Shown here: piece after piece, positions 58,225-64,000 of the stretch
Position numbering within the stretch: the stretch's first letter is position 1
Layout: the number at the start of each line of letters is the position of its first letter
Assembly (NCBI GenBank): GCA_038207085.1
Contig: JBBRAE010000003.1
Span: 1-64,000, forward strand
Source of the DNA: Armatimonadota bacterium
Lineage (GTDB): Bacteria; Armatimonadota; UBA5829; DTLH01
Length of the DNA: 64,000 bases
Direction: 5' to 3'
Program-made: the position numbers and the translations under genes
The notes under the pieces: model-generated
The model's input: the letters and a program-made list of their open reading frames with translations, nothing else
Databases searched by the model: none
What the model was told of the DNA's origin: nothing

Positions 58225-59973
58225 TTGGAAGAACGAACTGGGGCTATGCACGGCAGGCTTCGGCTTGCACTGGCGCAGATCAACGCATGCGTGGGCGACC
58301 TTCGGGGCAACACGGACAAGATCATCGAGAATATCGAAAAAGGCAGGAAGGCCGGGGCCGATATCGTCGTATTCCCCGAGCTTGCGATCACCGGATACCC
58401 GCCGGAGGACCTATTGCTCAAGCCTTCGTTCCTTGAGGGCAACCTCGCCGCACTCGACGAAGTCCGGGCGGCGTCTTATGATATCACGACGATCTGCGGG
58501 TTCGTCGACGTGCTCGACGACATCTACAACGCCGCCGCGGTTATCCACAACAGCCACATCGCCGGAGTCCACCACAAAGTTTTCCTCCCGAACTACGGAG
58601 TTTTTGACGAGTTTCGATACTTCCAGAAGGGCACTTCCACCCAGGTCTACAGGCTCGGCGGGCCGCTATTCGGCGTCTCGGTCTGCGAGGATATGTGGTA
58701 CCCTGACGGCCCGCACCGCGCCCAATCTCTTGCCGGGGCACAGGTGCTGATAAATCTCAACGCAAGCCCGTTCTACTCTCTCAAATGGAAATGGCGCGAG
58801 GGCATGCTCGCAACGCGCGCGGGCGACAACTCCGCATTCGTCGCTTACGTGAACATGGTCGGCGGCCAGGACGAGCTCGTTTTCGACGGCCATTCCGTGG
58901 TCTTCGACCCAAGAGCCCGGGCGATCATCCGCGGCAAGGCGTTTGAAGAGGAACTGGTCGTAGTGGACATCGAGGTCGGAAGCGCGTGGCACACCAGACT
59001 CGCCGATCCCCGGTGGCGGCAGGGAGCGGCGCACAAGAACGCCGATTACCCCGTCGAATTGATCGATCTCGGCGCGCAGAAGGGCTCTGAGAGGCCGACC
59101 ATCCCCGAGATCACGGTCATAGAACCGCCTGAGAGGGTCGAAGAGGTATACAAGGCGCTTGTCCTTGGCACGCGCGATTACGTCCGCAAAAACAAGTTCA
59201 AGCATGTAGTGATAGGGCTGTCCGGCGGCATCGACTCGGCGCTCACGGCTGCGATTGCGGTCGACGCGCTCGGCGCGGACTCCGTCACAGGCGTCACGAT
59301 GCCCTCGCAGTTCACCTCCACCGCTACACTCAGCGACGCCGAGGAGCTCGCGAAGAACCTTGGGATCGAGCTCCACACCATCCCGATCAAAGACGTTTTT
59401 GAGAATTACAAACAGGCGCTAAAGCCCGTTTTCGGCGACCGCGAACCCGATGTCGCCGAGGAAAACCTGCAGGCCCGCATTCGAGGCAACTACCTGATGG
59501 CGATCTCGAACAAGTTCGGCTGGCTAGTCCTGACGACCGGCAACAAGAGCGAGATGGCAACCGGCTACGCGACCCTCTACGGCGACATGGCCGGAGGTTT
59601 CGCGGTGCTGAAAGACGTGCCCAAAACCCTAGTCTATGAGCTTTCCGACTATCGAAACAGCCTGGGCCTCGTGATCCCGCAGACCACAATCGACCGAGCG
59701 CCGTCCGCCGAGCTTCGGCTCGATCAGAAAGACGAGGACTCGCTCCCGCCCTACTCCATCCTCGACCCGATCATCCACATGTACGTGGAGGAAGACGCAG
59801 CGCCAAGCGAGATAATCGAGCGTGGCTACCCAGAGGAATACGTCCGCCGCGCAGTGCGGCTGGTCGACGTAAACGAATACAAACGCCGCCAGGCCCCCCC
59901 CGGCGTCAAGATCACCCCAAAAGCTTTCGGCAAAGACCGCAGGCTCCCGATCACAAACCAGTTCAGGGAATAA
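58225..59973 (+). CDS. nadE: Glutamine-dependent NAD+ synthetase
   Basis: Nitrilase domain FPELAITGYPPEDL, CEDMW; synthetase domain GLSGGIDS, ENLQARIRG, TGNKSE, GYATLYGD, EYKRRQ. Confidence 0.96.
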   Translation: MEERTGAMHGRLRLALAQINACVGDLRGNTDKIIENIEKGRKAGADIVVFPELAITGYPPEDLLLKPSFLEGNLAALDEVRAASYDITTICGFVDVLDDIYNAAAVIHNSHIAGVHHKVFLPNYGVFDEFRYFQKGTSTQVYRLGGPLFGVSVCEDMWYPDGPHRAQSLAGAQVLINLNASPFYSLKWKWREGMLATRAGDNSAFVAYVNMVGGQDELVFDGHSVVFDPRARAIIRGKAFEEELVVVDIEVGSAWHTRLADPRWRQGAAHKNADYPVELIDLGAQKGSERPTIPEITVIEPPERVEEVYKALVLGTRDYVRKNKFKHVVIGLSGGIDSALTAAIAVDALGADSVTGVTMPSQFTSTATLSDAEELAKNLGIELHTIPIKDVFENYKQALKPVFGDREPDVAEENLQARIRGNYLMAISNKFGWLVLTTGNKSEMATGYATLYGDMAGGFAVLKDVPKTLVYELSDYRNSLGLVIPQTTIDRAPSAELRLDQKDEDSLPPYSILDPIIHMYVEEDAAPSEIIERGYPEEYVRRAVRLVDVNEYKRRQAPPGVKITPKAFGKDRRLPITNQFRE

Positions 59974-59997
59974 GCACCAACCGATGTCAGTTCAGTT

Positions 59998-60022
59998 GGT
60001 CGGGGGAATCCGTCCCCCGACC
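59998..60022. terminator. Hairpin after nadE (terminator or REP-like)
   Basis: GGTCGGGGGA (59998-60007) / TCCCCCGACC (60013-60022). Confidence 0.45.
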
Positions 60023-60078
60023 CCGTTCCGCGGACTCCATCCGCCAACAAACGCTGGACCAACACTCACGAATTCGCC

Positions 60079-60136
60079 CTAGGCCTGCATTGTTGGGTGG
60101 CGATTTCCGAATCCCGAATGGCGTAATGCAGGCTAG
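60079..60136. mobile_element. Short MITE-like element related to the one at 26.7 kb
   Basis: Ends CTAG(G)CCTGCATT ... AATGCAGGCTAG; the internal 18-mer GCATTGTTGGGTGGCGAT also occurs at 26865-26882. Confidence 0.5.
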
Positions 60137-60181
60137 CGATGAACAGGGTGCCGAATGCGTCAGATTTAAGTTAACCCAACA

Positions 60182-60598
60182 CTAGACCGATGTTACGGAG
60201 GGGTCAGTCTTGGGAGCATACTTGAGCCACGCCTCAGCCGCACCGGGACGGAGCATCACCCACAGGCTGTAAGCTCCAAGCGTGAGCTCGACCACAGCCG
60301 GGAATATTTTCACCTCAAAAAGCGACACCACTCCGACTAGCAGGAGAAACCCGCCAAACCCGAGCGCAACGGAGCGCGCCCAGGGTTTCTTGCTCAAAAG
60401 CCCCACACCGCACTTTATTTCCGTCCCAAACGCGATGACGAGGACGAACACCACCCCAAGCACCCCCGGAGGAAAATCAGGCGTCAGTGCCGATATGCCT
60501 GCAACGATCATCGTAATGAGCGCGATCATCAGCCCGGTAATCACATAGATCCACCCAAGCCCCAAGAAATGTGACTCGAAAGTATTTGGTTTAAACAA
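60182..60598 (-). CDS. Small 4-TM hypothetical membrane protein
   Basis: Four hydrophobic segments, GLLSKKPWAR motif; overlaps the stop of the upstream peptidase gene. Confidence 0.7.
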   Translation of the reverse strand: MFKPNTFESHFLGLGWIYVITGLMIALITMIVAGISALTPDFPPGVLGVVFVLVIAFGTEIKCGVGLLSKKPWARSVALGFGGFLLLVGVVSLFEVKIFPAVVELTLGAYSLWVMLRPGAAEAWLKYAPKTDPSVTSV

Positions 60599-61661
60599 CT
60601 ATCAGCTCCTTACTTGAACGGGTCAGGACCTCGCAGCCCCCCTCCGTCACGACCACGTCGTCTTCGATGCGCACGCCGCCCCAGCCTTCTATGTAAATCC
60701 CAGGCTCGATCGTCCCGACCATCCCCGGCACCAGCACAAACTCGCTTCTCTTGGTAAAAAGCGGACCGTCGTGAACGTCGATGCCGATGCTGTGGCCGAG
60801 TCCGTGGCCGAAATTGTCCCCGTAACCGGCCTCGGTTATATAGTCGCGGGCGACCGCGTCGATATCTTTGCCTTTCAAACCGGGACGGACTGCCTCGACC
60901 GCCGCGACTTGGGCCGCAAGAACGATTCCGTAGACCTCACGCTGCTTCTGATCAGGCTCGCCGAGAAAGATCGTGCGGGTGATGTCGGAGTTGTAGCCAT
61001 CGAGCAGCGCACCATAGTCGAGCTTGAGCATCTGCCCTCGCTTGACCACCGCACTGGTCGGCTTGTGATGAGGAAACGCCGCGTGCGCTCCGGCGGCGGC
61101 GATGGTATCAAACCCCTGCTTCTCAGCGCCATTCTTCCGCAAGAAAACGTCGATCTCAAGGGCGACCTCGCGCTCGGTCATCCCGACGCGCACAAAGTCG
61201 AGCATGTGGCTAAAACAGTCATCAACAAGCTTCACCGCCCGGCGTATCTTCTCGATCTCACCCGAATCTTTCACCATGCGCAGTTTCTCGACAAGCTGCT
61301 TCACGCCGACCAGCCGAACTTCCCTACCCATCAGCCTGCGAAGCCTGCTGTGGGTCGAAAACGAAACGTGTTCGGACTCAAAACCCAGGCGCACGAGTCC
61401 CATAGCATTGACGATATCAGCGGCGGCCGCGAGCACATCACCCGAGGAAAACTCAATCACCTCGTAGCCCGGACACTCCTCGCCTGCCTGAAGCACGTAG
61501 CGGAAGTCGACGAGTATAATCGAGCGCTCGCGGGTGAGCAGAACCGTCGCCGCGCTCCCTGTAAAGCCGCTCGCATAGCGAATATTCATAAGATCGGTCA
61601 GGAGCATCGCATCAAGCTTTGCTCCGATCATCGCCTCACGCGCTTTCTCGGTCCGGTTCAT
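60591..61661 (-). CDS. Xaa-Pro amino/dipeptidase (M24B, YqhT/PepQ-like)
   Basis: NIRYASGFTGS, DFRY, PHH, DYGA..GYNSDITRT, HGLGHSIG..VHD, TIEPGIY, GVRIEDD; ATG 61661. Confidence 0.93.
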   Translation of the reverse strand: MNRTEKAREAMIGAKLDAMLLTDLMNIRYASGFTGSAATVLLTRERSIILVDFRYVLQAGEECPGYEVIEFSSGDVLAAAADIVNAMGLVRLGFESEHVSFSTHSRLRRLMGREVRLVGVKQLVEKLRMVKDSGEIEKIRRAVKLVDDCFSHMLDFVRVGMTEREVALEIDVFLRKNGAEKQGFDTIAAAGAHAAFPHHKPTSAVVKRGQMLKLDYGALLDGYNSDITRTIFLGEPDQKQREVYGIVLAAQVAAVEAVRPGLKGKDIDAVARDYITEAGYGDNFGHGLGHSIGIDVHDGPLFTKRSEFVLVPGMVGTIEPGIYIEGWGGVRIEDDVVVTEGGCEVLTRSSKELIVV

Positions 61662-61662
61662 A

Positions 61663-62103
61663 TCACTTCCCCTTCTGAAGCATCGCACGCACGGCGTGCA
61701 GCCCCAGAATATAGCTCTCAGGACCAAACCCCGAAATCTGACCCGCACACACCGGAGCCGTCACAGAGGTCTTCCTGAACTCTTCCCGAGCATGGATATT
61801 TGAGAGGTGGACCTCAACACAGGGCAGGCCGACCGCGGCTATCGCGTCGCGCAGCGCCACACTGTAGTGGGTGAAAGCGCCGGGATTGATGACGATCGCA
61901 TCGACGCGTACCATCGCCTGCTGGATACAGTCGACAATCGCCCCTTCGTGGTTCGACTGAAAAAATTCGACCTCCATGCCCATCTCACCCGCCTCGCGTG
62001 AAACCTTCTCATTGATCTCATCGAGCGTCTTGTGGCCGTAAACCCCCGGCTCGCGCTTGCCGAGCATATTGAGGTTCGGCCCGTTTATCACCAGTGCCTT
62101 CAC
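61663..62103 (-). CDS. aroQ: Type II 3-dehydroquinate dehydratase
   Basis: [46 protein letters not shown]. Confidence 0.97.
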   Translation of the reverse strand: MKALVINGPNLNMLGKREPGVYGHKTLDEINEKVSREAGEMGMEVEFFQSNHEGAIVDCIQQAMVRVDAIVINPGAFTHYSVALRDAIAAVGLPCVEVHLSNIHAREEFRKTSVTAPVCAGQISGFGPESYILGLHAVRAMLQKGK

Positions 62104-62129
62104 TTGTGTTTTCCTCCGTATTCGGTTAT

Positions 62130-62861
62130 CTATTCACAAACCGCCGCGCAGTAGCTGTCCACCACTTCAAGCGTCGGGCCATCCGCCCGCACCGTGCCAG
62201 AGTCGATCCACACAGTCCGAGACGCCACCCGACGCACGACATCGAGATCATGCGAGACGAACAGAATGGTCTTTCCCTGTCTCTGGAACGCTTCAATCTT
62301 CTTGTAGCACTTGTCCTGAAACGCCTCATCCCCTACAGCCAAAACCTCGTCGACCAGAAGAATATCCGGGTCCACCTGAGTCGCAATCGCAAACCCGAGC
62401 CGCATCACCATCCCCTTGGAGTAGGTCTTTATCGGCGCGTCGATGAACTTCTCAAGCTCGGCGAACTCGATGATCCGCTCGACGTTCTGTTTCATGTCTT
62501 TTCGGGGGATGCCGAGGATCGCGCCGTTCAGGAAGATATTTTCCGTGCCCGTAAGCTCGGGATGAAACCCCGCGCCGAGCTCAAGGAGCGCCGACACGCG
62601 ACCATTCACGGCAATCGTCCCTGCGGTTGCGCGGTAGATGTTGCCGATCAGCCCGAAAAGCGTGCTCTTGCCCGACCCGTTCTTGCCAATGACGGCGATA
62701 GTCTCCCCGCGTGCGATATCTAGGTCTATCCCCTTAAGCGCCCAGTGTTCTTCCACCTTCGGACGCCGAAACGACAGCACGAGCGACTTCAAGCTGTTAG
62801 CCCCGCCGTGGGTCAAACGAAAAGCTTTTTTCACGCCGCGAAGCTCGATTGAGTTTTCCAT
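62130..62861 (-). CDS. wzt: Polysaccharide ABC exporter ATPase without C-terminal domain (Wzt/TagH-like)
   Basis: [35 protein letters not shown]. Confidence 0.9.
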   Translation of the reverse strand: MENSIELRGVKKAFRLTHGGANSLKSLVLSFRRPKVEEHWALKGIDLDIARGETIAVIGKNGSGKSTLFGLIGNIYRATAGTIAVNGRVSALLELGAGFHPELTGTENIFLNGAILGIPRKDMKQNVERIIEFAELEKFIDAPIKTYSKGMVMRLGFAIATQVDPDILLVDEVLAVGDEAFQDKCYKKIEAFQRQGKTILFVSHDLDVVRRVASRTVWIDSGTVRADGPTLEVVDSYCAAVCE

Positions 62862-63712
62862 TAAATCCTCTCCGCAAAACACCACTTACGGGCGTTGAAG
62901 TAGGCGTAACCGGAGACCAGCACCACAAACGACACCAGACCGGCGATCATAACAATATGCCAGTCAAGCGGGATATCGGCCTGTCGGATGATCGAGTCCT
63001 TCCCCGGCGGAACGCTGTACGGCACGAGAAGCAGCTTCCTAAACGCGATCACAAGCGCGTTCAGCGGGTTAAGCTGATAAACCGTATAGAGCGCGCCAAG
63101 CCCTCTGGATTGAAGCGACGTGTAGACCATCTCCGACATGTAAATAACAGGCGTCAGGTAGAAAAACACGTTCAACACGACTGAAACGATGTACTTCACA
63201 TCCTGATAGAACACATTCAGCGCCGATATAAAAAGCGACATTCCAAGCACAAGCATAAACTCGAAGATAACGAGCAGCGGCATCAACAGCCATCCCCAAA
63301 CGATCGGCGTCCCAAGCACAATCAAATATATAAAGAACACCCCAAGCGCGAGCGAGAAGTGGATCAGGTTCGAGATCACCATCGAGACCGGCAGCACCTC
63401 GCGGGGAAAATAGACCTTTTTCAGCAGATCGTGATGCCCAATCACCGACTGACTCGCATCCATTAGCGACATCTGGAAAAACGTCCACGGCAGAAACGCC
63501 ACAAGCAGATAAGCAGAGTAATTCGGGATGTTGTTCGGCATCACGTACTTGAAGATGACAGTCATAGTCGCCACCTGCACGAGCGGGTTCAGAAGCGACC
63601 AAAAGAACCCAAGCACTGAGTTCTTATATCGCACCTTGAGGTCCCGCAAAATGAGTTGCGCAAGCAAATCCCGGTATCTGTATAGTTCACCAAGTTCTCT
63701 TATCATAGGCAC
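62861..63712 (-). CDS. wzm: ABC-2 polysaccharide export permease (Wzm/TagG-like)
   Basis: RDLKVRYKNSVLGFFWSLLNP, KVYFPRE, TPVIY, LNPL. Confidence 0.92.
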   Translation of the reverse strand: MPMIRELGELYRYRDLLAQLILRDLKVRYKNSVLGFFWSLLNPLVQVATMTVIFKYVMPNNIPNYSAYLLVAFLPWTFFQMSLMDASQSVIGHHDLLKKVYFPREVLPVSMVISNLIHFSLALGVFFIYLIVLGTPIVWGWLLMPLLVIFEFMLVLGMSLFISALNVFYQDVKYIVSVVLNVFFYLTPVIYMSEMVYTSLQSRGLGALYTVYQLNPLNALVIAFRKLLLVPYSVPPGKDSIIRQADIPLDWHIVMIAGLVSFVVLVSGYAYFNARKWCFAERI

Positions 63713-63959
63713 AACTCAAGTATAAATGAACACGGGGAGAAAAGCAATTTGTTGGGGAGAGAGTGGCTAGTGACTAGTGGCCCATTGTTCGTCCGGATAT
63801 GTTATCCGGGACGTCTGGGCCGGACAGGCATCTGTGATGCCGGTAGATTGGGCACAGTCGAAATACCGGGATCACAGATCCCTTGACTGCCACTGGGCCC
63901 CGGATTGCAAATCCGGGCCAACATCGGGTCTCTCATACATCCACCCATACCAAATCATA

Positions 63960-63996
63960 TCACCCTGAGGCTCTCGAAGGGTGCGATAGACAAATC
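63960..63996 (+). repeat. REP-like copy of the 58.0-kb element
   Basis: 35 of 37 nt identical to 58016-58052. Confidence 0.8.
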
Positions 63997-64000
63997 AAAG

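Noticed and set aside
60771..61778. 335-aa plus-strand ORF
   Set aside because: Antisense shadow of the M24 peptidase gene.

Overview
GC-rich bacterial chromosomal window. The lineage is probably Armatimonadota, inferred only from a VPEW-type PEP-CTERM protein and the style of the secreted modular proteins. It holds two large + strand cell-surface polysaccharide loci. Locus 1 (about 0.1-17.9 kb) has a priming sugar transferase, a PEP-CTERM protein, a Wzc-like protein with a broken Walker A, Wzm/Wzt, nine glycosyltransferases, an LbH acyltransferase and an O-antigen-ligase-like protein, followed by a 1670-aa secreted glycoside hydrolase. Locus 2 (about 38.2-55.9 kb) has Wzx, a Wzy-like protein, glycosyltransferases, a PglC-like transferase, two DegT-type proteins, three tandem FemAB-like GNATs, Wza, Wzc and PglF/CapD. 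Between the loci are a truncated sugar-catabolism operon (FGGY kinase remnant, lyxose isomerase, GH38), a hybrid histidine kinase and two giant secreted GH123-like enzymes. The right end carries nadE, an Xaa-Pro peptidase, aroQ and a second Wzm/Wzt pair. The standout observation is a gene that the ORF track truncates: 57737..56409 (-) reads as a secreted UshA-like domain fused to a tetraheme c-type cytochrome. It has an in-frame TGA in a C-G-U motif, an fdhF-like SECIS hairpin exactly 11 nt downstream and a near-consensus promoter, so it is a probable selenoprotein cytochrome. Several REP/MITE-like palindromic families occur in intergenic regions. No rRNA, intact tRNA, transposase or CRISPR array was seen.
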